From the NCBI GenBank assembly GCA_040904565.1, contig JBBDTI010000054.1, positions 51,524-115,523 of the forward strand: a DNA stretch of 64,000 bases. The letters are read 5' to 3'. The DNA is from Rhodothermales bacterium (GTDB lineage: Bacteria > Bacteroidota > Rhodothermia > Rhodothermales > VXPQ01). Each line of letters starts with the position of its first letter. Within the stretch, counting starts at the first letter, position 1. Shown in pieces: positions 20,931-30,198 of this stretch. The notes under the pieces were generated by a model, which ran no database searches, had not been told where the DNA came from, and saw only the letters and a list, made by a program, of their open reading frames with translations. The translations under genes and the position numbers were made by a program.

Positions 20931-20977
20931 GGTCGGTTGAGAGCGCACGCCGCGCAAGGTGGCCTGTCGGCCGAAAT

Positions 20978-21035
20978 ACCGTCAACCGTCAACCGTCAAC
21001 CGTCAACCGTCTAACCGTCAACCGTCTAACCGTCA
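20978..21035 (+). repeat. Tandem heptamer repeat (ACCGTCA/ACCGTCTA x8) just upstream of the MFS start codon
   Basis: Four ACCGTCA units, then ACCGTCTA, ACCGTCA, ACCGTCTA, ACCGTCA. Confidence 0.95.
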
Positions 21036-21047
21036 TTCTTTGGAATC

Positions 21048-22442
21048 ATGATCAATCGTAAACGACTATTCGTCGGCAGCTGGATCGCGCTCGTCGTGAC
21101 CTCTTTCGGGTTTATCATCCGCGCCCTGGTGCTGGCCGAATGGGGCCGTGAGTTCACGCTGAGTCAGGAGGACCTCGGCTGGATCGCCGGTGCCGGACTC
21201 TTTCCGTTCGCCATCACGATCGTTCTTTTCAGCCTGGTGATCGATAAGATCGGCTACCACACGTCGATCCGGATCGCCTTCGTGGGGCACGTCGTTTCGG
21301 CGATCGTCACGATCTGTGCCGGACTCATTGGAGATCCGTTCTGGGTGCTTTTCATCGGTACGGTGATTCTGGCGCTGTCTAACGGTATCGTGGAGGCCGT
21401 CATCAATCCGGTTACCTCGACGCTGTATCCGAAGTCGAAGACCCACCACCTCAATATCCTGCACGCGGGATGGCCCGGCGGACTCGTGCTGGCCGGCATC
21501 ATCGTGATCTCGCTCGGTGATGCGGACTGGCGCTGGAAGGTGGGCCTCGTGCTCCTGCCGACGTTCGTCTACGGCGCGATGCTGCTCAATCAGAAATTCC
21601 CGCTCAACGAGCGTGTCGCGGCCGGCGTACCGTATCGCGACATGATTCGAGAGATCAAGCGGCCGTTGTTCCTCCTCCTGCTGGCCATCATGGTCCCGCT
21701 TGCGGTGACCGAACTGGGTACGGACAGCTGGATCACGGCCCTGATGGAAAACGTGCTGACTTCAGGCATACATCCTGGATGGGTGCTCGTCTATACGTCG
21801 GCGATCATGCTGGTGCTTCGCTTTTTCGCCGGACCGATCGTGCACCGGATCAACCCGCTCGGACTCCTTGCCTGCAGCGCATTCATCGCGTGCCTCGGCC
21901 TCATCTGGCTCTCCAACGCGGGAGCAGCACTCGGCGCCGTTTTCGCCGCGGCGACGTTCTACGCGCTCGGAAAGACGTTTTTCTGGCCGACGACGCTCGG
22001 GGTGGTGGCGGAGCAGTTCCCGAAGGGCGGCGCCCTGCTCCTCAACACCATGGGCGGCATGGGCATGCTCGCGGCCGGACTCCTCGGCGCGCCTATCCTG
22101 GGTTCCATTCAGGACAAGGTGATCGACCAGGAGCTGCAGCAGCGGGCGCCTGAGGTGCACCAGCAGGTCACCGACGCCGAACGTCTGGGACTCCTCGGTG
22201 CGTACAATCCGCTGGACAACCAGGCCGTGCAGGAGCTGCCGATGGAGCAGGCAGAGGTCGTACGAGAGGTGCGGTCGGACTCGAGTCAGATCGCGCTCCG
22301 CTACGTCGCGTTCCTGCCGGCGTTAATGCTGCTGTGCTACATCGGACTGATCCTTTACTTCCGATCTCAGGGTGGATACAAGCCAGTCGAACTCGAAGGC
22401 GAACAGGCCACGGGGGGCGTGGAAGGCCCGGTAGAGGCCTGA
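21048..22442 (+). CDS. MFS transporter (sugar/fucose-permease-like)
   Basis: 'NGIVEAVINP', 'HAGWPGG', 'TELGTDSWI', 'GKTFFWPTTLG'; about 12 TMs. Confidence 0.88.
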   Translation: MINRKRLFVGSWIALVVTSFGFIIRALVLAEWGREFTLSQEDLGWIAGAGLFPFAITIVLFSLVIDKIGYHTSIRIAFVGHVVSAIVTICAGLIGDPFWVLFIGTVILALSNGIVEAVINPVTSTLYPKSKTHHLNILHAGWPGGLVLAGIIVISLGDADWRWKVGLVLLPTFVYGAMLLNQKFPLNERVAAGVPYRDMIREIKRPLFLLLLAIMVPLAVTELGTDSWITALMENVLTSGIHPGWVLVYTSAIMLVLRFFAGPIVHRINPLGLLACSAFIACLGLIWLSNAGAALGAVFAAATFYALGKTFFWPTTLGVVAEQFPKGGALLLNTMGGMGMLAAGLLGAPILGSIQDKVIDQELQQRAPEVHQQVTDAERLGLLGAYNPLDNQAVQELPMEQAEVVREVRSDSSQIALRYVAFLPALMLLCYIGLILYFRSQGGYKPVELEGEQATGGVEGPVEA

Positions 22443-22520
22443 CTGTTCGTCCGCGCGTTCGTGCCTGTCAGCACACTGCGTTCACAGCAGGTGCGAGGCC
22501 GTTATCACCATGGTTCGAAG

Positions 22521-22552
22521 AAGGGGGGAGGCCGAAGGGCTTCCCCCCTTTC
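22521..22552 (+). terminator. Probable intrinsic terminator after the Gfo/MFS operon
   Basis: aaggggggaggcc-gaag-ggcttcccccctt hairpin (13-bp stem with one G-U pair). Confidence 0.6.
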
Positions 22553-22637
22553 GGATCCGCGCGGCCGTTCCGCACGTGTGAGAAGCAGTAAGAGACTGTG
22601 CGAAGCCAGACACGCTGCCAGTAGGATAGTCCACCAC

Positions 22638-23837
22638 ATGCCCGTCTCCACATCCGATTCTTCGTATGCGCCGTTGCAAGCGGCCGCACGTATACGCTCC
22701 GTGCGTACGCCGATCATCCCGGTGGTCGCGGAGCTGATACGAGACCATCCGGGGACGATCTCGCTGGGTCAGGGTGTCGTTCACTACCCGCCCCCACCGG
22801 AAGCCGTGAGCCGTCTCATAGAGGCGGCCGGACGCGCCGAGGCACACGGTTACGATCACGTGGCCGGACGGACGGAGCTGCTCGATCGGCTGTCCGACAA
22901 GCTGGCGACGGAGAACGGGATAGATGTCGCGGACGGAGTCTCCGTGGTGGTCACGGCAGGCGCGAACATGGCGTTCATGAATGCCGTGCTGGCCGTGGCG
23001 GACCCGGGCGATGAGGTCATCCTCCAGACGCCGTTCTATTTCAACCATGAGATGGCCGTCCGCATCGCCGGCTGTCGCCCCGTCCCCGTGCCGACCGATG
23101 CCTCGTATCAGCTCCAGATCGACGCCATCGAACGGGTCGTCTCCGACCGCACGCGTGCTATCGTTACGATATCACCGAATAACCCGACCGGCGCCGTCTA
23201 CGACCGCGCCTCGCTGACGGCCGTCAACAGGCTGTGCATCGACCGCGGCATCTACCATATCAGCGACGAAGCGTACGAGTACTTCACCTACGACGGCGTG
23301 GGGCATTTTTCGCCCGGATCCATTGCGGGCGCGGCACGTCACACGATCTCTCTCTTCTCCTTCAGCAAGGCCTATGGCATGCCGGGCCTGCGGATGGGGT
23401 ACATGGCCTTCCCGGAGCACCTGCTCGGTCCGATCAAGAAAATCCAGGACACGCTGCTTATCTGTCCGCCGCTGCCCAGCCAGTTCGCGGCGCTCGGCGC
23501 GCTGGAGGCCGGGAGATCGTACTGCCGCTCCTTTATCGAAGGGCTCGGTGCAGTGCGCGAGCTCGTGCGGCGTCGTATCCGTGACCTCGGAGATCGTGTT
23601 CGGATGCCGGGCGTGGAGGGCGCCTTTTACGGATTCGTTCGCGTCGATACAGACCTCGACGATATGACGCTCGTGAGGCGGCTTATCGAGGATCACGGCG
23701 TGGCCGTTATTCCCGGCAATACGTTCGGTATGGACGAGGGGTGCTACGTTCGGATCGCCTTCGGCGCCCTGAACGAAGAAACGGTGGCGGCCGCGATGGA
23801 CCGGTTCGTGAGCGGACTCAACGAAATACTGGGCTGA
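22638..23837 (+). CDS. PLP-dependent aminotransferase class I/II
   Basis: 'ISLGQG', 'SPNNPTG', 'SDEAYEYF', 'SFSKAYGMPGLRMGY'; start moved to ATG 22638. Confidence 0.92.
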   Translation: MPVSTSDSSYAPLQAAARIRSVRTPIIPVVAELIRDHPGTISLGQGVVHYPPPPEAVSRLIEAAGRAEAHGYDHVAGRTELLDRLSDKLATENGIDVADGVSVVVTAGANMAFMNAVLAVADPGDEVILQTPFYFNHEMAVRIAGCRPVPVPTDASYQLQIDAIERVVSDRTRAIVTISPNNPTGAVYDRASLTAVNRLCIDRGIYHISDEAYEYFTYDGVGHFSPGSIAGAARHTISLFSFSKAYGMPGLRMGYMAFPEHLLGPIKKIQDTLLICPPLPSQFAALGALEAGRSYCRSFIEGLGAVRELVRRRIRDLGDRVRMPGVEGAFYGFVRVDTDLDDMTLVRRLIEDHGVAVIPGNTFGMDEGCYVRIAFGALNEETVAAAMDRFVSGLNEILG

Positions 23838-23840
23838 TTC

Positions 23841-24629
23841 ATGCAGGTCGTTCTCGTACAACTCGACGTGGCGTGGGAGCGCCCGGAAGCCAATTTCCGG
23901 GCCGTCGAACGGCTGCTCGGCCGGGTGACGGTCTCCCCCGGTTCTTTGATCGTCCTGCCGGAGATGTTTTCTGTCGGATTCACGATGAACGTAGCTGCCG
24001 CCGCGGAGGAGGAAGGCGGGCCGACGGAGCGCTTCCTGGAAGATATGGCCGCTCGCCATGAGGCCTACGTGGTGGGCGGCGTTTGCCGGATGGGAAGCGA
24101 CGGCAGGGGCCGCAACGATGCGCTCGTCGTGGCGCCGGACGGCCGACGGGTGGACCGGTATACGAAGCTGCACCCGTTCTCGTACGCGGGTGAAACGGAT
24201 CATTATGCGCCCGGTGACGACATCATTGTGTTCGATTGGGATGGACTCAAGACGGCGCCCTTCATCTGCTATGACCTCCGTTTCCCCGAGGCGTACCGGC
24301 ACGCCGCCATGCGGGGCGCCGGCCTGCTGGTTACGATCGCCAATTTCCCTTCGGCGCGCGTACGCCATTGGACCGATCTTTTGATCGCGCGCGCCATCGA
24401 GAATCAGGCCTATTGCGTCGGCGTGAACCGCTGCGGCTCCGACCCGAATGTGGCGTATCCGGGCAGGAGCGTCGCAGTGGACCCGCTTGGACATATCGTG
24501 GCCGAGGCGGCGGCCGAAGAAACCGTCGTCGTCGTCCATATCGATGGGAAAGAGCCGTCGCGGGTGCGAAGCGCGTTTCCCGCCTTGAGAGACGCCCGGG
24601 CGGACCTGCTCGGCGGATCGTCGCGGTAG
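23841..24629 (+). CDS. Carbon-nitrogen hydrolase (omega-amidase Nit2/YafV-like)
   Basis: Triad motifs 'LPEMF', 'YTKLHPF', 'ICYDLRFPE', plus 'ARAIENQ'. Confidence 0.92.
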   Translation: MQVVLVQLDVAWERPEANFRAVERLLGRVTVSPGSLIVLPEMFSVGFTMNVAAAAEEEGGPTERFLEDMAARHEAYVVGGVCRMGSDGRGRNDALVVAPDGRRVDRYTKLHPFSYAGETDHYAPGDDIIVFDWDGLKTAPFICYDLRFPEAYRHAAMRGAGLLVTIANFPSARVRHWTDLLIARAIENQAYCVGVNRCGSDPNVAYPGRSVAVDPLGHIVAEAAAEETVVVVHIDGKEPSRVRSAFPALRDARADLLGGSSR

Positions 24630-24666
24630 CAGTGATTGCTATCAGATACACATATCGGGTTAATCT

Positions 24667-25731
24667 ATGTTGAGCCGCGTTTTCGCTTTCGTACTCATGA
24701 TGTCGGCGGCCGCACCGGGTGTCGCTCAGGACGTGGATCCAGTTCCCGTTACGCTGCCGGGAAGCGATTTCGTACCCAGCATCGCGCAGGATCAAGCCGG
24801 CGTAATGTGGATCGCGACGCAGGGCGGCCTGCTGCGCTACGACGGGGAGGACGCACGGTTGTACACGCACGACTCACTCGACGCCGCCTCCATCTCCCAC
24901 AACTACATCGAGGAGGTGTACGTCGACCGATCCGGCACATTGTGGGTGGGAACGTACGGCGGGGGACTGAATCGATACATCCCCGACACGGACTCGTTCG
25001 AACGATTCCGGCACGACCCGGATGATCCCCGGAGCCTCAATCACGATAACGTGGCCGCGATTCTGGAGGATCGAAACGGCGTGCTCTGGGTCGGCACGCG
25101 AGGTGGACTGAACCGGCTCGACCGGAGCAGGGGCGGTTTCGAACGGTTCGAGCACGATCCGCAAGATCCCACGACCATCTCTAACAACTGGGCGCGAGCG
25201 CTGCATGAGGATAGCCGGGGGAGATTCTGGGTCGGGACGCATGGTGGACTCAACCTGTTCGACCGCAACGACGGTACGTTTACGCGCTTTACACATGATC
25301 CGGACGACCCGACGAGCCTCATCGAAGGCCGGGTGTCGGCCATCCACGAGGATGACGACGGGCGTCTGTGGGTCGGCACAGGTCGTACGACGGGCGGGCT
25401 GAACGTGCTCGATGTGGAAGAGGGGACCGTCAGACGGTATCGCTTCGATGCGTCGGCGTCGGACTGGCCCGCCGATCCGCGTCCGTCCGGGCCCTGGACC
25501 GGCGGAGGCGTGACGGCCATCGAGCAGGATGTCGACGGGACGCTGTGGTTTGCAAACTGGGAAGGATGGGTCACGGGATTCGATCCATCGACGAACCGGG
25601 CCGTAAATTACAACGTGCGCGAGCTTACAGAGGCCCCGGAGGCCCATCCGTTTACGATCTTCCAGTCGGACGACGGGACGCTCTGGTTCGGATCCGTATA
25701 TGGGCCGCTGCTTCGGTCCGCTTCGCCATGA
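24667..25731 (+). CDS. Secreted stand-alone two-component-regulator propeller (Reg_prop) protein
   Basis: Repeats 'EDRNGVLWVGTRGGLNR', 'EDSRGRFWVGTHGGLN', 'F.HDPDDP.SL'; signal peptide; no kinase domain. Confidence 0.85.
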   Translation: MLSRVFAFVLMMSAAAPGVAQDVDPVPVTLPGSDFVPSIAQDQAGVMWIATQGGLLRYDGEDARLYTHDSLDAASISHNYIEEVYVDRSGTLWVGTYGGGLNRYIPDTDSFERFRHDPDDPRSLNHDNVAAILEDRNGVLWVGTRGGLNRLDRSRGGFERFEHDPQDPTTISNNWARALHEDSRGRFWVGTHGGLNLFDRNDGTFTRFTHDPDDPTSLIEGRVSAIHEDDDGRLWVGTGRTTGGLNVLDVEEGTVRRYRFDASASDWPADPRPSGPWTGGGVTAIEQDVDGTLWFANWEGWVTGFDPSTNRAVNYNVRELTEAPEAHPFTIFQSDDGTLWFGSVYGPLLRSASP

Positions 25732-25942
25732 ATCGGCAGTTTGGCAGCTTGTCGGCCCTTCGAAAGTCCGGCACGGGTGAGATTCCATCCATACTTCAAC
25801 GGCACGACCTGTGAGAGCCCGTTGCCTGTGGGCGGTCTATTCCGTACCCTGAATGCTGACTGAACCGGGTATTTCGTCTATGCCGACGGGCGTCTTTATA
25901 GATTCCCATCACTCACCTCATCGTACTTGAAATCTTACTGCT

Positions 25943-26695
25943 ATGAAATCAATCTATACTGCATGGCTACTTGCAGCCGCGCTGCTTCTTGGAACCGCCG
26001 TCGAGACCGCATCGGCGCAGGCCCCGGAGGGCTTCGAGTCCATTTTCAACGGGAGAAATTTCGACGGATGGCAGGTGCCTGAGGGCGACAACGGGCACTG
26101 GCGCGTCGTGAATGGCGCGATCGACTATGACGCTGAGAGTGAGGCCGAAGGAGATAAGAGCCTCTACACGGAAGACGAGTACGGGGATTACGTGCTGCTG
26201 ATCGACTGGCGGATTAAGACCGTTGCGCCCTATACGAATCCGCGCGTCCCCATCATTCTGGGTGACGGGACGCACAAGAAGGATCAGGATGGAAACGATA
26301 TGGTGATCTCCGTCCCGGACTCCGACTCCGGCATCATTCCGCGTGGGCACGGAAAGGCCCAGCACAATATCTGGAACTGGCCGTACGGGTCGGGTGAGGT
26401 ATATGGTTATCGGATGGATGACAACCAGCCGCCGGCGGTGCGCAGCGCGGCCGTGCCGCTCACCAACGCCGACAACGACATCCGGGAATGGAATACGTCC
26501 GAGATCACCGTCCAGGGTCAATTCATGACGATCAGGATCAACGGTGAGCTGGTGATCGATCGCATTCACCTCAACGAGATTCCGGAAAGCGGACCCATCG
26601 GTTTGCAGCATCACGGTTCGAAGCGGGACGGTGAATGGGTCAGTCCGCCCTCCCTCGTTCAGTTCCGCAACATCTACGTCAAGGATCTCGAATAG
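25943..26695 (+). CDS. DUF1080 (3-keto-disaccharide hydrolase-like) protein
   Basis: 'FESIFNGRNFDGW', 'DSGI', 'EWN', 'GPIGLQHHG', 'VQFRNIYVKDL'. Confidence 0.9.
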   Translation: MKSIYTAWLLAAALLLGTAVETASAQAPEGFESIFNGRNFDGWQVPEGDNGHWRVVNGAIDYDAESEAEGDKSLYTEDEYGDYVLLIDWRIKTVAPYTNPRVPIILGDGTHKKDQDGNDMVISVPDSDSGIIPRGHGKAQHNIWNWPYGSGEVYGYRMDDNQPPAVRSAAVPLTNADNDIREWNTSEITVQGQFMTIRINGELVIDRIHLNEIPESGPIGLQHHGSKRDGEWVSPPSLVQFRNIYVKDLE

Positions 26696-26796
26696 CGCGG
26701 TGCGCAGGCGGGCGGTTCCGGCAGACCACCGGCACTGCCCGCAACGCGCATGCGCCTAGACGTTCCGGACTAATCGTGACCGGTTCACGTCCGTCT

Positions 26797-27366
26797 ATGA
26801 TATCGTCATCGCCGTTCCAGGCGCTTATTTTCGATTGTGACGGGACGCTGGCCGACACGGCTCCGCTTCACTACGATGCTCTCCTCGCGGCCTTCGCCGA
26901 CGCCGGCGTCGAGTTTCCTCGATCGTGGTACCTCGAGCGCGTCGGGCTTTCCCGTCCCGCCTTCTTTAAGGAAGTCAGGGAGGTATTCGACGCCGAGATC
27001 GACGAGGAAGCGATCATGTCGAGGCACGAGCGGCATTTTCTCGGCACGGTGGCGGGCGTGGAGCCGATCGACCACATCGTTTCCGTGGCGCGTACGTTTT
27101 CCGCATCCGTGCCGATGGCCGTCGCGTCCGGCGGGCAGCGACGGCACGTCCTCGCGACGCTTGAAGCACTCGATTTGACGCACCTCTTCAGCACGATCGT
27201 GACGCTCGAGGACGTCGTGCGCGGGAAGCCTGCACCGGATCTGTTTCTTGAGGCGGCGCGCCGGCTCGACGTCGAGCCGGACGGATGCGTCGTCTATGAG
27301 GACAGTGAAGAAGGATTGTTGGCCGCCACCAGGGCAGGCATGCGCGCCGTGGACGTCCGCAGCTGA
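26797..27366 (+). CDS. HAD family phosphatase (YqaB/beta-PGM-like)
   Basis: 'IFDCDGTLADT', 'GKPAPDLF', 'YEDSEEGLLAATRAGM'. Confidence 0.9.
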   Translation: MISSSPFQALIFDCDGTLADTAPLHYDALLAAFADAGVEFPRSWYLERVGLSRPAFFKEVREVFDAEIDEEAIMSRHERHFLGTVAGVEPIDHIVSVARTFSASVPMAVASGGQRRHVLATLEALDLTHLFSTIVTLEDVVRGKPAPDLFLEAARRLDVEPDGCVVYEDSEEGLLAATRAGMRAVDVRS

Positions 27367-27661
27367 CGCCCCTCGCGCATTCCACGTGCCCCCTTCCGCA
27401 GCCGTCGACGCAAGGAACCTGCACCTTTTTGGATATTAACAGTATGTTATCATTGCCGTATCAGCGGCTGTGTCAGATAGGAAACGCCGGACGGTTCTTT
27501 TCGAGAGGAGGGACCGCTCGTCGATTTCATCGTGCAGGTTTATCGGCAGGCCCGGTTTAACCGGCCTTTTCCCCTAGTCGTGTACACGTCGTCGTATACA
27601 ATCGTCGGGCCGTTGGGCGATCTTCGAAACGCTATCTCTAGCTTCTGCCTCTCCGTCGTAC

Positions 27662-28708
27662 ATGATCCGATTTGTGTTGAGCGTCGGGCTCGTCGCCGCG
27701 ATCTGTGCGGGCATCCTTTTTCTGCCCGTGGATGTGCCGTATACGGTTTCGGGTAATGGCATCGTTATGCCGGCACAAGAATGGCTGATCGTGCGAGACG
27801 CGGGCGGGTCGATCGGAACGATGCTTCGAGACCACCTCGATGGAACCGTGCGCAGCGCCGATCTGCATCGTTTCGAAAGAGGGGATGTGGTACGGTATCG
27901 TCTCCATCCATCCATCGGAGCGCGAACGCCGATCTCGGAAGGTGATACGATCCTGACCATTCGGTCAAACGAGACGGAGCGCCGGATAGCGGCCCTGAGC
28001 GGTGATGTCGCGTCCGCCGAGTCGACCGTCTCCCTGCAGACCTCCGGGGAAAAGGAGCCCGTTGTCGTGCGTGCCGAACGTAATCTGGCTCGTGTGATGG
28101 AGGAACTGGCGCAGGCACGCCGAGAGGTAAACCGTCTTGCGCCCCTTGCCGAACGGCGTGTCGTTGCGCAGCAGGAGCTGGATCTTGCCCAGAGCCGTGT
28201 GCAGGTGCTCGAGGCCGAGGTCGAGATGGCCAGAGCGGAGCTGGAGATGGTACGGACGGGCGCCAGAGACGAACAGGTGGACGTGGCGCGAAGCATCGCC
28301 GCCGCGCGCCGGCAGGAACTGGAAGCCCTCTCCGAACGCCGTGATATGCTGACGGTCCGCACACCGATCGGGGGCGTGGTCGTGCGTTCGTACGGTGCCG
28401 ACACGCTGCTGACCGTACGCGACACGTCGTCCGCCGTCGCCGTCGTGCCGATTCCGGTGACGGACGCACGGTACGTACGGGTGGGGCAGCCGGTCACGCT
28501 GGATATGCAGGACATGTCCGTTCGACTCGAGGGGCGTCTCGTGCGCATCGACGAGACGGTTCGTCGCCTCCAGGGATCACAGGTTGTGATGGCCGTCGTG
28601 CGGGTAGACAGTCCAGTACGAGACACCATCGTCGGTGGTATCGTTCGCTGCACCATCTCGGCAGATTCCGTACGTCTGCTGGAGTACGCTCGCAGGAAAG
28701 TACAGTAG
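27662..28708 (+). CDS. HlyD-like membrane fusion/periplasmic adaptor protein
   Basis: N-terminal TM, long coiled coil, 'LTVRTPIGGVV', 'VRVGQPV'. Confidence 0.8.
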   Translation: MIRFVLSVGLVAAICAGILFLPVDVPYTVSGNGIVMPAQEWLIVRDAGGSIGTMLRDHLDGTVRSADLHRFERGDVVRYRLHPSIGARTPISEGDTILTIRSNETERRIAALSGDVASAESTVSLQTSGEKEPVVVRAERNLARVMEELAQARREVNRLAPLAERRVVAQQELDLAQSRVQVLEAEVEMARAELEMVRTGARDEQVDVARSIAAARRQELEALSERRDMLTVRTPIGGVVVRSYGADTLLTVRDTSSAVAVVPIPVTDARYVRVGQPVTLDMQDMSVRLEGRLVRIDETVRRLQGSQVVMAVVRVDSPVRDTIVGGIVRCTISADSVRLLEYARRKVQ

Positions 28709-28717
28709 TATCCTAGT

Positions 28718-29506
28718 ATGCGCGACGAATTCAAATATGTGCTGCCCGTGGACGCGCTGCCCGACGTACGTCGGGCCATCGAGCCCTTTGTACGTCTGGA
28801 CGAGCACGGCGTGGGCTTCGAGGAGGTGGGGTACGCCGTGCGCAGCATTTATCTCGACTCCGCCAGGCTGCGATTCTACCACGAGAAGAGGGGGCATCTT
28901 CAGCACCGCAAGAAGATTCGAATCCGGGGATACAACGAGCCCGGGGTGGATCCTTCCGTCTTTCTGGAAATCAAGCGAAAATCGAATGCCGCCATCGCGA
29001 AAGAGCGGACGATGATGCCGTACGACGACCTGCTCGGGCTCATACAGACGGGACGGGTTGCGGCGCACATGGCTTCGTTATCGGTGGAAGACAGTGCCGT
29101 GGTTCGACGCGCCTTCTACCACATGTTCAAACACGACCTCCGGCCGACCTGTCTGGTCGTTTACGAGCGGGAGGCGTTCGAAGGGCGGTTCGACCGTACG
29201 TTTCGCATCACGCTGGACAGAAATCTGCGCGGCGTGATGTACCCGGATTGGCACGGGCTGTACGAGGAGGACGGCCTCGTCGATGCCTTGCCCGGATATT
29301 TTGTCATGGAGGTCAAGTTCGATATCCGCATGCCTGCCTGGATGCGTCAGGTCATCTCCGAGTTTGGGATCATGCAGCGGGCGCTGTCCAAATACTGTGT
29401 CTGCATCGACGCGTTCGAGCGACGAATCGATACGAAATCGGCCGTCCTGGCGTGTGCGCCGCCGATACGGACTGCCACTCAGGTATCCGTCCACGTCACG
29501 GGTTGA
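28718..29506 (+). CDS. VTC-domain (polyphosphate polymerase, CYTH-like) protein
   Basis: 'RDEFKY', 'VRSIYLDS', 'RKKIRIRGY', 'FLEIKRK', 'YEREAF', 'RITLD', 'MEVKF', 'SKYC'. Confidence 0.92.
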   Translation: MRDEFKYVLPVDALPDVRRAIEPFVRLDEHGVGFEEVGYAVRSIYLDSARLRFYHEKRGHLQHRKKIRIRGYNEPGVDPSVFLEIKRKSNAAIAKERTMMPYDDLLGLIQTGRVAAHMASLSVEDSAVVRRAFYHMFKHDLRPTCLVVYEREAFEGRFDRTFRITLDRNLRGVMYPDWHGLYEEDGLVDALPGYFVMEVKFDIRMPAWMRQVISEFGIMQRALSKYCVCIDAFERRIDTKSAVLACAPPIRTATQVSVHVTG

Positions 29507-29516
29507 TAACGGAAGC

Positions 29517-30194
29517 ATGCTTCAAGACTTTCAGAATATATCGCTTCAGGCCGTGGATCTCGGCTTCATCCTGAGTGCCCTCGGGGTGTCGTTCGTATGT
29601 GGACTCGCGATCGCCGTGCTGTACCAGGTCACGTACAAAGGTTCGAGCTATTCACCGACCTTCGTGCGAGCGCTCATCTTCATGGCCATGATTACGGCCA
29701 TCGTCATGCTGGCCATCGGCAACAACTTGGCCAGGGCGTTCGGACTCGTCGGTGCCATGTCGATTATCCGTTTCCGAACCGCCGTCAAGGACCCGCAGGA
29801 TATCGTGTTCGTGTTTTTCGCCCTGGCGACGGGCCTGGCTGCAGGCGTGGGCATGTTCATGGTCGCCATCGTCGGTACGACGGTAATCGGAACCGTCGTG
29901 GCCCTGGCGTCCGGGACCGATTTCGGCGTGAAGAACCGCCAGTCCTTTCTCATGCAGCTGACGTACGATGCGCCGAAGCACAACGGGGAGGCATCGTACC
30001 TGCCAATCCTCGAGAGGTATTGCAAAAAGCACGACCTCGTGAACGCCAAGAGCGCTCAGGGTGGGGACGTGCTCGACCTTACATTTTTCGTGAAGCTGCG
30101 CCGCGACGATCAGCTTGAGGCGTTCACGCGCGATCTAGGGGGCGCGGAGCACGTCCGTCACGTCAATGTCTTCTATGACGAACAGGAGGCGTAA
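29517..30194 (+). CDS. DUF4956 domain membrane protein
   Basis: 'IGNNLARAFGLVGAMSIIRFRTAVKDPQD', 'GLAAGVG'; start moved to ATG 29517. Confidence 0.92.
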   Translation: MLQDFQNISLQAVDLGFILSALGVSFVCGLAIAVLYQVTYKGSSYSPTFVRALIFMAMITAIVMLAIGNNLARAFGLVGAMSIIRFRTAVKDPQDIVFVFFALATGLAAGVGMFMVAIVGTTVIGTVVALASGTDFGVKNRQSFLMQLTYDAPKHNGEASYLPILERYCKKHDLVNAKSAQGGDVLDLTFFVKLRRDDQLEAFTRDLGGAEHVRHVNVFYDEQEA

Positions 30195-30198
30195 CACC

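Noticed and set aside
20978-21035. Possible CRISPR array
   Set aside because: Units are 7-8 bp with no spacers, and no cas genes are present.
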